DNA of 62,121 nucleotides, filler included, from Gemmatimonadota bacterium (lineage in GTDB: Bacteria > 4572-55 > J002), in NCBI GenBank assembly GCA_003697105.1. It is 5 parts of 5 records of this genome, joined end to end, with 100 filler letters (N's around TTAATTAATTAA, not from the genome) between each part and the next. Parts side by side here need not be neighbours in the genome. Positions count along the whole stretch, not along the records: positions 1 to 29,242 come from RFFQ01000148.1; 4 more parts are not named here. One strand, 5' to 3'. The position numbers and the translations under genes were made by a program. The notes below the pieces were generated by a model. That model saw nothing but the letters and a program-made list of their open reading frames with translations, searched no databases and was not told where the DNA came from. The first letter of the stretch is position 1. Each line of letters starts with the position of its first letter. This document shows, piece after piece, positions 10,741 through 20,378 of this stretch.

Positions 10741-11081
10741 TCGCCCACCTCAAACGGATGAATTACATGGGTCACCGGAATGACAAACATATACCCCACA
10801 TCGGGGCGGGTAAAATCAATCTGTTCTGAGATCAACACGTCATTTAATTCGGTAGCAGTGGTGGCACTCTCCAACGGGGCGAGGATCACCTTGGTTACAA
10901 ACCGGGAACTTTTGGAGGAGAGGAGCAATCCGGCAAAGATAGGTACTTCTTTCACCAAAATTTCCTGCATCGAAATACCATCCAGAATCGAAGCATCGGG
11001 AATTTCGCATTCCACCATGGCAGAAAGCACATCGTCCAACAGATTTTCATCTGTTAATACAATCACCAAGAGATTATTCAT
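10737..11081 (-). CDS. PII-like (GlnB-fold) small protein
   Basis: 114 aa, LLVIVL...LDDVLSAM N-terminus and GYMFVIPV C-terminus. ATGA-coupled to the antiporter gene. Confidence 0.65.
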   Translation of the reverse strand: MNNLLVIVLTDENLLDDVLSAMVECEIPDASILDGISMQEILVKEVPIFAGLLLSSKSSRFVTKVILAPLESATTATELNDVLISEQIDFTRPDVGYMFVIPVTHVIHPFEVGE

Positions 11082-11546
11082 CTACCCCTCCTCTGATTTC
11101 TGGATAATCTGATAGGCTTCGGCGGCAGATTGGGCGTTTTTCATGGCGACTCGCAGGTCTTGGTGATGAAACAAGCGGGAAATTCCCGCCAAGAGGCTCA
11201 GATATTTTACCCGTTTGGTGGGCGGTGCCGCAATTAAGAACAAAAAGTGCACCGGCTTTCCATCCATGGAGTCAAACGCAATTCCAGATTTGGAAAGCCC
11301 GAACACAATCACCACTTTACTCACCGTCGTCGTCTCCGCATGGGTAATGGCAATGCCGTTCCCAATACCGGTTGATTTGACCCGTTCACGTACGAGAATA
11401 TCTTCGGTCAATCCGGCGGGGTCGGTGATAATCTCGCCGTAACAGGTGGTGGCAAAATCAACCAATTCCTGAATGGCCGCTTGTTTTTCGGTCGATTTCA
11501 TCGGATACAAAATTTTGGCTTCAGTTAATGCTCGCGATAGCTTCAT
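11082..11546 (-). CDS. PTS EIIA domain protein (Ntr/Fru type)
   Basis: RERVKSTGIGNGIAITHA with phospho-His, FDSMDGKPVHFLFLI. Confidence 0.9.
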   Translation of the reverse strand: MKLSRALTEAKILYPMKSTEKQAAIQELVDFATTCYGEIITDPAGLTEDILVRERVKSTGIGNGIAITHAETTTVSKVVIVFGLSKSGIAFDSMDGKPVHFLFLIAAPPTKRVKYLSLLAGISRLFHHQDLRVAMKNAQSAAEAYQIIQKSEEG

Positions 11547-11602
11547 AATGCATTGACTCCTGCTCAAATATCATCAAAATCATTGAGTTAAAAAGTAGTC
11601 GG

Positions 11603-11632
11603 AGTATAGCGGATTCAAGGGGGTACTGTCAA
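11603..11632 (-). promoter_or_regulatory. Sigma-70-type promoter of the EIIA/antiporter operon
   Basis: Minus strand TTGACA-N18-TATACT. Confidence 0.55.
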
Positions 11633-11710
11633 TATATTTCAAGTAGAAGGGCGGCGTCTCAATCCGCTTGCCATATCCCGTAAAAATATGTACATTGAGA
11701 ACTTGCCTAA

Positions 11711-14700
11711 ATGGACCCCGTCTCCGTCTCCGATCATCAAAGAGTACCGTTCATGGATCAACAGATTCAAACCCTTCAAGAACAATCCCAACAGGCTGTT
11801 GGACGCGAAAAAGTCGATCTGCTCAATCAACTGGCGTGGGAGATGCGCATGGCGCCCTCTCCGGCAGCATTGGAAACGGCAGAACAGGCAGAACAACTCG
11901 CCCGGGAATTGGATTACCCCGCCGGATTGTGCCTCAGTTTACGCCACCAAGCCCGTTATCATCTGCAATTTGCGCATTTGGAGCAAGCACAGGCATTAGC
12001 AGAACAAGCTCTTGAACTCGCCGAAATGTTGGGTGACCTGAATGAAATGGGTTACATCTATAATATTCTAGGACGCATCCAAGGACGGTACGGAAACTAT
12101 CCTCAAGCATTAGCCTACTATTTACAGAGTCTGCACTATTTTGAACAAACGGGCAATCAATTCGCTCAGGCAAATCTCCTCTCCAATTTGGGCATTCTTC
12201 ACCTCAATTTGGGAGAGTATGAAAAAGCATTCGATTATCACCTGCAAAGCTACCACATCAAAGAAACATTGAGTGATACCGAAGGCATGGCGAATTCCCT
12301 GTTAAACATGGGTTCTTTGCACCTAAAATGTAACCATTACACCGACGCCATTCAGTGCCACACGCAAGCGTTAGAACTAATGCGTCACCTGCAAGATCGA
12401 GAAGGTGAAGCACTGGTTCTCAGCAATTTGGGAGAAGCCTATCTTCAGTTGGGCGAACTGGAACAAGCCCGGAGCGTTTCCGAACAGGGGCTGGCGCTCA
12501 AGCGGGAGTTCGGCACTCCCGACGATTATACCAAACATCTATTGCAGCTCGCCCGGATATATCAGGCTCAAGGTGAGGTACACTCCGCAAAAGTGTATTT
12601 GCACAAAGCAGAAGAACAGATGCAACGCATCGATTCCAAACCGTTGAAGATGTACGTCCACCAGCGGATGTACGAGATGTACCGGAAATGGGGTGAGGTG
12701 GAACCGGCACTGCACCATCACGAACACTATCACCATCTCTATCAGGAATTATTTAATGAGAATACACAAAAGCGCCGGTATGAGGTTGAGTTGGAAAATT
12801 TACATCGCCAAATTGCCGAAGAAACGCACCTGCGGACACTGATCGAAAACGTTCCCGCCGCAGTTTGGCTGGTAGATACGGCTTTAAAGGTGGTTATCTT
12901 CAATGCCAATTTCAGAAACTTCTTTCAAGCCTTTTATGGCAAGGATGTTATCGCGGGCCAACCGGTACTTCAGGCGATTCCGGAAGATCGAGCCCAAGAA
13001 TGGCGACAATACTACCAACGGGCACTTACCGGAGAACACTTTTTTGTGGAAAAAGCCTTTGAACTGAATCAAGTACACTTGGAATTTGAGATCACGTTTT
13101 GCCCTCTTTTAGATGTTTCCGGTGACATAACAGGGATTAGCGTTTTCATGCAAGATATTTCCGAACGAAAACGCGCCGAACAGTCTCTGCGAGAACGCGA
13201 AGAATTATTAACCTCCATCAACCGGAATCTGTCCGAAGGTATCTACCGCAGTACACCGGATGCCCGGTTGCTCTATGCCAATCAATCCTTTATCAATATG
13301 TTTGGCTATTCCTCCTTTGAAGAGCTAAAAACGGAATCCAGCTTATTTTTATATGCCAATCCCCAACGCCGGCACGAATTAGCCCAACGGATCGCCCAAG
13401 AGGGTCGTTTTGAGAATGAGGAAGTTGAATTTATCCGCAAAGATGGCTCTCATTTTTGGGCGTTGGTCAGCAGTTACGGTGTTTTCGATAAGACCGGACA
13501 GGTGCGGTACTACGACGGCGCCATTAAAGACATTACCGACCGGAAATTGGCAGAAAAGGCACTAGCCGAAGAAAAGGAACGGCTCGCCGTGACGTTACAA
13601 TCCATTGGTGATGCGGTAATTACCACAGATACTCATGGTCACATTGTATCTTTGAACCCTGTGGCAGAAGAACTAACCGGCTGGCAACAGGAAGATGCTG
13701 TCGGCAGAGACCTCAACGAAGTGTTTTTGGTAATCAATGAACAGACGGGCTTACCCGCCGAAAATCCGGTCAAAAAAGTCCTTCAGGAGGGCTGGATAAT
13801 GCGCCTACCCCAACACACCTCGCTCATTACGCGGGAGGGGCAGGAGCTACCCATTGCCGATAGCGCCGCACCCATCCGCAACCAACAAGGTCAAATTATT
13901 GGGGCAGTGGTCGTCTTCCGAGATGTCACCGATGCCCAACGATTACGACGAGCAAAAGAAAACTTTTTGAATGCGATCAGTCATGAACTGCGAACCCCTC
14001 TCACCCCCATCATTGGCTATGTTCAGTTGTTGCAAGAGATGGATTTGCCCCCGAACGTCAAGCACATTCTGGAACGGATTCTAAAATCCGTAGAACGGGA
14101 AAAAAAGCTGGTGGATGATCTGCTGGCAGTCGCCCGGCTCGAAAGTGGAAATATCCAGTACCATTTTACCACCCAAAATGCGTACATGCTATTTTCCCAG
14201 TTGGCAGAAGAAGCCCACAAGTTGGTCACGTTTAGCGTGAAAGAACGCTACGGCCAAGATGAATCCGGGTTTACATACCGGATTCAAATTGCCGAAGAAC
14301 TCCGTACCGTGATGGTTCACGTGGATGTGGATTGCATTCGTCGCGTGATCGAAAATCTCGTCATCAACGCTGTGAAATATTCCCCACCACAGCGCCTGCT
14401 CATTGAATTTGAGGTGATCCTCCGGGAGGAACGGGTCGTCGTCGCCATTTCCGACCGGGGCTACGGCATCCCAGAGGACGAAATTGAGGCGATTTTCGAT
14501 CCATTTTACCAAATCCGAACCCGAGATTATGATGTCTCGGACGGGGTGGGACAAGGCTTGGCAATTGTCAAACAATATGTGGATGCCCATCAAGGCACCA
14601 TCTGGGCGGAAAGTGCCTTGGGTGTGGGGAGCCGCTTCCTATTTGAATTACCGGTGGCAGACTATGTTCAACCCCGCTCTTCCACCACACCGCTCATCTT

Positions 14701-15049
14701 GCTGATCGAAGATGACCCCGAAACCGCCGAATTTATACGCACCTTGCTAGAAGCTCAGGAATACACGATCCAAGTGGCAGAAACTGGAAATACGGCGCTG
14801 GAAAAGCTAAATACCCAAACGGTCGATATGGTTATTCTGGATTTACAACTCCCCGATATGGACGGGCAAACCATTATTTCCCACATGATCGAAACCGGCT
14901 GCAACATCCCCCTGATATTGTGCAGTGCCCAACCTCCAGAAGAACTCGCCCGAATCCAACAAAAGTTGCCCCTCGTCCAAGATTATATCTCGAAGCCTTT
15001 TCATATTAATGAATTTACCCAAAAAGTAACAAATATATTCCCCCATTAA
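11711..15049 (+). CDS. Soluble hybrid histidine kinase: TPR-PASx3-HisKA-HATPase-REC
   Basis: TPR array, three PAS/PAC ends (QDISERK, KDITDRK, RDVTD), SHELRTPL, ENLVINAVKY, DRGYGI, REC LLIEDD..ILDLQLP. Confidence 0.92.
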   Translation: MDPVSVSDHQRVPFMDQQIQTLQEQSQQAVGREKVDLLNQLAWEMRMAPSPAALETAEQAEQLARELDYPAGLCLSLRHQARYHLQFAHLEQAQALAEQALELAEMLGDLNEMGYIYNILGRIQGRYGNYPQALAYYLQSLHYFEQTGNQFAQANLLSNLGILHLNLGEYEKAFDYHLQSYHIKETLSDTEGMANSLLNMGSLHLKCNHYTDAIQCHTQALELMRHLQDREGEALVLSNLGEAYLQLGELEQARSVSEQGLALKREFGTPDDYTKHLLQLARIYQAQGEVHSAKVYLHKAEEQMQRIDSKPLKMYVHQRMYEMYRKWGEVEPALHHHEHYHHLYQELFNENTQKRRYEVELENLHRQIAEETHLRTLIENVPAAVWLVDTALKVVIFNANFRNFFQAFYGKDVIAGQPVLQAIPEDRAQEWRQYYQRALTGEHFFVEKAFELNQVHLEFEITFCPLLDVSGDITGISVFMQDISERKRAEQSLREREELLTSINRNLSEGIYRSTPDARLLYANQSFINMFGYSSFEELKTESSLFLYANPQRRHELAQRIAQEGRFENEEVEFIRKDGSHFWALVSSYGVFDKTGQVRYYDGAIKDITDRKLAEKALAEEKERLAVTLQSIGDAVITTDTHGHIVSLNPVAEELTGWQQEDAVGRDLNEVFLVINEQTGLPAENPVKKVLQEGWIMRLPQHTSLITREGQELPIADSAAPIRNQQGQIIGAVVVFRDVTDAQRLRRAKENFLNAISHELRTPLTPIIGYVQLLQEMDLPPNVKHILERILKSVEREKKLVDDLLAVARLESGNIQYHFTTQNAYMLFSQLAEEAHKLVTFSVKERYGQDESGFTYRIQIAEELRTVMVHVDVDCIRRVIENLVINAVKYSPPQRLLIEFEVILREERVVVAISDRGYGIPEDEIEAIFDPFYQIRTRDYDVSDGVGQGLAIVKQYVDAHQGTIWAESALGVGSRFLFELPVADYVQPRSSTTPLILLIEDDPETAEFIRTLLEAQEYTIQVAETGNTALEKLNTQTVDMVILDLQLPDMDGQTIISHMIETGCNIPLILCSAQPPEELARIQQKLPLVQDYISKPFHINEFTQKVTNIFPH

Positions 15050-15130
15050 ACCGGAAACCCTTTCCTCTTTTTGTAATCAAACAGAGCAACCCATTTTTAC
15101 CCCCACCCCACCCCCAAGGAGGAATACCCG

Positions 15131-16705
15131 ATGTCTGTTACGTATCTCCTCAAAATATGGTTGTTACTCACCCTGATATGTCCCCCTCTCGCCGCTCAGG
15201 ATGAGCCGGACGTATATACGGGCCTGTGTAGCACCCTTAGCCTCAAGCGCGACGCCACAACAAAAGTTCCGCGCATCAGTTCCATAGCATTAATTCGTCC
15301 CCTGAACACCCTCGGCGCGGGTGCGGTTGCCCGCCCGGTCAACTATTCGTTGCGGGTTGACTGTTTCCCCCATGCAGACGAATATCTCCAATCTTATCAA
15401 AGTGTGGTGGATGTTGCCCGGACACGCAACATGCCGATCCGGATTGCCGCCCAAACCGTATTCCGAATCCCAGAACACGCCATCTATGATACCCTTCGCT
15501 ACGGGGGGTATGATCGCACCTTTTTAACCCATTTACCCCCCAATTATGACGGTTCGGAGGAAACACCACTGGTGATAGCCCTGCATGGTGGATTTGGCAG
15601 TGCGTTCAATCTTCAGGCGCAATCGTTGCTAAGTGAAACCGCGGATTCTGCCGGATTTATCGTTGTTTATCCAGAGGGAATCGCAAGTCCATTAGGTATC
15701 CGCACGTGGAATGCGGGTGGATGCTGCGGATATGCCGTAGAGCAAGAGATCGATGATACCGGCTTTATTAACACCCTGATCGACACCTTATTGAACCGGT
15801 ATAATCTCGATCCCGACCGGATTTTTGCGACCGGGATGTCCAACGGGGGTATGATGGCTTACCGGTTGGCATGCGAATTGGGAGATCGCATTGCGGCAAT
15901 CGCACCTGTTGCCGCTACAATGGTGATGCCGGATTGTGACCCGGTGCGGCTGACTCCCATCATCCATTTTCACTCCATTTTGGATGAAAATGTGCCTATT
16001 GAAGGCGGCATTGGCAATGGAATCTCCCATCACTACAATCCACCGGTAGATTCCGTTTTAAACGCGTGGGCAGATGTCGGCAATTGTTTGGTGGATAATG
16101 ATACTCTGTACGCCGGTGACGATTATCTGCACATCCAGTGGCACTCCTGCGATGACGACGCCGAAATCCAACTTTTTGTCACCTCTGATGGGGGGCACTC
16201 GTGGCCCGGCGGGCGTCAAGGATACCCCGGCGCAGACCCTCCTTCCGAAGTGATCCATGCGAATGACCGGATGTGGGCTTTTTTCCAGCAACATCCCTTG
16301 AATAATCCGGTTTATGTCGATCCGGCAATTTTTCAGGCGTGGCGTCATCAAAATTTACAATATGATACCAATGGCGATGGCATCATCACCGCTGAGGATG
16401 TTCAGCGGCTGATCACACGCGGTCAATTCACATTTGGGGTGGAAATTTACCCTAATCCGTTCAACCCGCAAACGGAAATCCGCTTTTCCCTACTGGCCGA
16501 ACTCCCCGTGACGATCCACATTTATGACATCCACGGACGATTAATTTATAACCTGATCGAAAATAAGAGGTTCGCCGCGGGAACGCATCGTTTGGTTTGG
16601 AGCGGGAAAAATCAACACGATCAAGAGGCTCCCAGCGGGGTATATTTGTACCGAATCGAAACGATGCGTTTTCAGGAAACGGGATCGATGATCTTGCTCC
16701 GTTAA
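15131..16705 (+). CDS. Secreted PHB-depolymerase/LpqC-like esterase with EF-hand/dockerin-like loop and FlgD/T9SS-like C-terminal domain
   Basis: ALHGG, WNAGGCCG, GMSNGG nucleophile, GGHSWPGG, DTNGDGIITAED, YPNPFNP. Confidence 0.85.
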   Translation: MSVTYLLKIWLLLTLICPPLAAQDEPDVYTGLCSTLSLKRDATTKVPRISSIALIRPLNTLGAGAVARPVNYSLRVDCFPHADEYLQSYQSVVDVARTRNMPIRIAAQTVFRIPEHAIYDTLRYGGYDRTFLTHLPPNYDGSEETPLVIALHGGFGSAFNLQAQSLLSETADSAGFIVVYPEGIASPLGIRTWNAGGCCGYAVEQEIDDTGFINTLIDTLLNRYNLDPDRIFATGMSNGGMMAYRLACELGDRIAAIAPVAATMVMPDCDPVRLTPIIHFHSILDENVPIEGGIGNGISHHYNPPVDSVLNAWADVGNCLVDNDTLYAGDDYLHIQWHSCDDDAEIQLFVTSDGGHSWPGGRQGYPGADPPSEVIHANDRMWAFFQQHPLNNPVYVDPAIFQAWRHQNLQYDTNGDGIITAEDVQRLITRGQFTFGVEIYPNPFNPQTEIRFSLLAELPVTIHIYDIHGRLIYNLIENKRFAAGTHRLVWSGKNQHDQEAPSGVYLYRIETMRFQETGSMILLR

Positions 16706-16734
16706 ACAGCATCATCCTTTGATGCGATAAAAAG

Positions 16735-16778
16735 AATGAAACCCTCAGGGGGCTAAACACCCTAAGGGCTTCATTTTT
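16735..16778. terminator. Probable bidirectional terminator
   Basis: Imperfect inverted repeat AATGAAACCCTCAGGG / CCCTAAGGGCTTCATT followed by a T-run, between convergent genes. Confidence 0.5.
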
Positions 16779-16833
16779 AATGGCTTACCGCCGGACGAAT
16801 CGCTCAAATGGGCAAACAGGACAAAGGACGTCT

Positions 16834-17013
16834 TCAAAAGCGGGCTTTTAAATTTTCTAAAAAGCGGATGAGTTCGGCATGATGCGACTCATCCACCTCG
16901 CGCAACAACTTCAAAATAGGGTGTAATTCTGGATTGACCAGCACGACCCACGATTCGGGGCGCTCTTTTTTGTCCTTTTCATCCGGATTGATGATAATAT
17001 CGTACATACCCAT
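16834..17013 (-). CDS. Small hypothetical protein (59 aa)
   Basis: AAGGGGG RBS before ATG 17013, co-oriented with upstream genes. Confidence 0.5.
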   Translation of the reverse strand: MGMYDIIINPDEKDKKERPESWVVLVNPELHPILKLLREVDESHHAELIRFLENLKARF

Positions 17014-17026
17014 GATGGTTTCCCCC

Positions 17027-17242
17027 TTAATCAAGCGTAAATGGTTCATCAAATATTTTCACATCAAGCAGTTCGTTAAGTGACGGTTTTACCTCACTCA
17101 ATAGGTCTAAATAGGCTTCAAATCGCTTCACAGAGTCAGGATATTCCAAGCGTTGGTCAAGGTTTTGGGGCGCGGTGTGATCCCAGCAAAAATGGAGGTC
17201 GGGTAAATCATCAAGTGGCGTTTTTCTCGGGGATGATGTCAT
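17027..17242 (-). CDS. Small acidic hypothetical protein, possible partner of the nucleotidyltransferase
   Basis: 71 aa, overlaps the NTase 3' end. Confidence 0.55.
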   Translation of the reverse strand: MTSSPRKTPLDDLPDLHFCWDHTAPQNLDQRLEYPDSVKRFEAYLDLLSEVKPSLNELLDVKIFDEPFTLD

Positions 17243-17747
17243 GATAAAACCGCTCTAAGTCATATTTTTTCAGATAGTTACGAACCGTTTGAGGCGAAAT
17301 ATGCGTCAATTCTATTACTTTTTTGATGTCAGCCAGTTCCTTGAAAGTTCGTTCTGGGTCGTTGCGAATCGCAAATAATTTCAGTGCCATTAAATGTGTG
17401 GGAGAGACAACCCGCGCCGGGACATCGTCAAAAAAGGTCACGAGGCGCGTTTCGTTAAAAATATGGTCGCCGGTTGGTGAATCCACATAAATCAGGTCCA
17501 CCCGAATCCGGTCATTCCAGTGGAAATGATTGGAAAATCCCGCGGATTGGTGAAGCGTTTCAAATCCTTGTGCCTCTAAAAATGCCTGAATTGCTGGCTG
17601 GTAAGCCTCGCGGGTGATAAAATCAAGGTCACGCGTGGTTCGGGTATAGCCGTAGGCATGAAGCGCGAACGCCCCCACAATGGCGTAATCCATGTGGTGG
17701 TCCGCAAAAAACCGGAGCAGGGTCAAAAACCACGGTTTTAGGGTCAT
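17211..17747 (-). CDS. Nucleotidyltransferase (AbiEii/DUF6036-like)
   Basis: IVGAFAL..YG..RTTRDLDF motif, LMALKL, and ADI in the C-terminal helix. Confidence 0.78.
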   Translation of the reverse strand: MTLKPWFLTLLRFFADHHMDYAIVGAFALHAYGYTRTTRDLDFITREAYQPAIQAFLEAQGFETLHQSAGFSNHFHWNDRIRVDLIYVDSPTGDHIFNETRLVTFFDDVPARVVSPTHLMALKLFAIRNDPERTFKELADIKKVIELTHISPQTVRNYLKKYDLERFYHDIIPEKNAT

Positions 17748-20149
17748 TCTTTGAAGTCAACCAACTGATAAATATTGAATTTTCCTTCTTTTCCTCGGAT
17801 AATTTGAGGCGGAAGCGGTTCAACAATGAGACGTTCTGCCAGAGGCAGGTAGGTGGATTCGCTAATCAAGATTTGGCGAGGTTTTGCCAATTCTTCTAAT
17901 CGCGCGGCAAAGTTGACCCCATCCCCGATGACGGTATAGTCCATTTTGCGAGCGGAGCCTACATTTCCGACAACCACCTCACCGGTATTGATACCAATGG
18001 CAATATCAACAAAACCGGGCAACCCTAGTTTTTCTTTCCAAGTGTTCCGCAAATTCTGAAAGCGTGTCCGCATTTCCAAAGCAGTTCGGAGTGCCCGTTC
18101 AATATCATCTTCATAACTGACCGGAGCACCAAAAATCGCCATAATACAATCCCCAATGAATTTATCAATGGTCCCCCGTTGTTCGATGATAATATGGGTC
18201 ATCTCGGTAAAAAAATCATTCAGTAGAGAGACCACCGTTTCCGCCGGAACGCGCTCGGAGAATGCCGTAAAACTTCGCAAATCGGCAAAGAGCGTGGTGA
18301 TCATCCGGCGAGCACCGCCGAGTGTCAATTTTTCAGGATTTTCTAAAATTTCCCGCGCCACCTCATGCGAGACATAACTCCGCAGAATTTCCGTCACCTT
18401 CTCTTTTTCCATTTTCTGCCGGCGGATTTCCTGCGACTTCTGCTGGTCCATAATCTTAAAATGCGTAATATCCTGCATCACCGCGACCCGTCCGATGGTT
18501 TCTTCCAACAACCCTTTCACCGGGGAAAGGCTGGCGTAATAGGTCACCTCATCACCATTTTCTTGAAGCGAAATTTCACCGGTAAGCGGGGCATCTCGCT
18601 CAATAGCCACCTCAAATAATTTTTTTAATTTTGGATTCGGGATGGCATCCCCGACGTACCGGTTGTGTACGTGCGCCGCCGAGACCCCAAACGCTTGTTC
18701 TGCGGCAGGATTGATAATGGTGATGTTGCCGCGATGGTCCGTGACCATGATGAGGTCACTGGTACTTTGCAGGATCGCTTCTACCTTGCCTTTTTCCGTC
18801 TGAATTTCTTCAAAAAGAATGGCATTTTCCAAAGCGATAGAAATTTGATTCGCCAGCAATTGAACATTCCCAAAATCCTCTTCATTAAACATACCGGGTT
18901 CATGGTCTTCTAATATAAACAATGCCAGTAACTTATCTTTGGACTCTAGTGGCATTGCCAGTAGGGAACGCGTGGGAGAATCTTTAAAAAAGGGGAATAA
19001 TTCCGCATCCGTGTGGGCATCCGCCACAAGGAAAGGACGCCGTTTTTTCACCAACCAGCGGGCAAAAACGGGGTCAAGTGGTATCTGGAGGGATTCCGGG
19101 TAGCCCCTTGCGGCATGAGCGCTGATCTCCCATGTTTCCGGCGAGCTAAACTTCAGGGCATAGATTCCACATGCGGTACATTCTACAATCCAGTTTATCT
19201 GGGCAATAATAGCTTGTAGAATTTGTTCGGGGTCAAACATGCCGTTGACCGATTTGCTGACGGCATTGATAATCGATAATTTACCCGCTTGGTCGAGGGC
19301 TTCTTTATACAGTTGGGCATTTTCCACCGCAATGGCGGCTTGATCGGCATGGGTTTGAATCATCACCAAGTCGTCGTTAGAAAACGTACACGTTTCTGCC
19401 GTACTGTGAAGGGTCAAAACGCCGATGGTTTTTTGCATAAATAGCAACGGTACGGCAACAAACGCCGTATAGGGCAACCTGACGGGTAGCGGTGAAGGAG
19501 TAGCGGCACAGATTTGGAGCAGTTGCTGGTTTTGCAACACATAGGGAAGAACCACATCACGAATTTGCGCTTCGGCATCCGCATGAGAATTGTAAGCCGC
19601 TTGAAGGGTAAATTTTTGTTGATTGCGGCGAGTCCGGAGGAAAAGCGCCGCCCCAGTTGCGGGCGTAATCTGGATCAATTTATCCAGAATTATGGTCAAG
19701 ATATGATCCAGATCGAGCGATGCCGTTAATTCTTTGCTGATTTCCCGCATCTGCCGGTTTTGCAAACTCAAAACACGGTGTTCCAAGGCGCGGCGGACAT
19801 GCTCTAAAAAATCATTCAAATTGGGGAGCGGTTTTTGTAGATAATCATAAGCTCCTTTTTTCAACGCCGTGACCGCGGTATCAATGGAGGCAAATGCCGT
19901 CATCACAATCACTTCCATGTCTGGGTAACGCGCTTTCACGTTCTCCAGCAAGGCAAGCCCATCCATGCCCGGCATTTTAATATCGGTAATCATCAAATCG
20001 AATGAAAGCGCTTGCAACACGTCCAGCGCCTCCTCCGCGCTATTCACGGATTGCGCTAGATAATTCGGTTGCATATTCAGAGCTTCTTCCAGTGCCAGAG
20101 CCAGCGTTACTTCATCATCAACCACTAAAATTCGGGCAGCTTTGCTCAC
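17744..20149 (-). CDS. REC-GAF-GAF-PAS class III adenylate cyclase
   Basis: ILVVDDE..ITDIKMP, two GAF ends (AIAVENAQLY, IALENAILF), PAS, LFADLRSFT, DKFIGD, DYTVIGDGVNFAARLE. GTG start inferred. Confidence 0.92.
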   Translation of the reverse strand: MSKAARILVVDDEVTLALALEEALNMQPNYLAQSVNSAEEALDVLQALSFDLMITDIKMPGMDGLALLENVKARYPDMEVIVMTAFASIDTAVTALKKGAYDYLQKPLPNLNDFLEHVRRALEHRVLSLQNRQMREISKELTASLDLDHILTIILDKLIQITPATGAALFLRTRRNQQKFTLQAAYNSHADAEAQIRDVVLPYVLQNQQLLQICAATPSPLPVRLPYTAFVAVPLLFMQKTIGVLTLHSTAETCTFSNDDLVMIQTHADQAAIAVENAQLYKEALDQAGKLSIINAVSKSVNGMFDPEQILQAIIAQINWIVECTACGIYALKFSSPETWEISAHAARGYPESLQIPLDPVFARWLVKKRRPFLVADAHTDAELFPFFKDSPTRSLLAMPLESKDKLLALFILEDHEPGMFNEEDFGNVQLLANQISIALENAILFEEIQTEKGKVEAILQSTSDLIMVTDHRGNITIINPAAEQAFGVSAAHVHNRYVGDAIPNPKLKKLFEVAIERDAPLTGEISLQENGDEVTYYASLSPVKGLLEETIGRVAVMQDITHFKIMDQQKSQEIRRQKMEKEKVTEILRSYVSHEVAREILENPEKLTLGGARRMITTLFADLRSFTAFSERVPAETVVSLLNDFFTEMTHIIIEQRGTIDKFIGDCIMAIFGAPVSYEDDIERALRTALEMRTRFQNLRNTWKEKLGLPGFVDIAIGINTGEVVVGNVGSARKMDYTVIGDGVNFAARLEELAKPRQILISESTYLPLAERLIVEPLPPQIIRGKEGKFNIYQLVDFKE

Positions 20150-20290
20150 GCGATCATCCCCAATCAGTTTTATCAAAATCACATTGCGATGTCGGATAGT
20201 GTAACACATCTGAAAATGAAAGTCAATTTATTTTCGGGTCAAATCTCCTTGCAGGCACGGGTGGCACCGGATCAGCCGTTGACAAAACGC

Positions 20291-20319
20291 TTGACTTTCC
20301 AAAATACGTTCGCTATACT
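20291..20319 (+). promoter_or_regulatory. Sigma-70-type promoter
   Basis: TTGACT-N17-TATACT. Confidence 0.55.
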
Positions 20320-20378
20320 GGTTTCCCCGTTCTAAATATAGCAATATACTTTGCTGACACTAATGCAAGTTTTTATTT

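Noticed and set aside
11639-12015. Overlapping 85-115 aa ORFs at the start of the hybrid kinase
   Set aside because: Alternative frames of a well-supported gene, with no recognisable features
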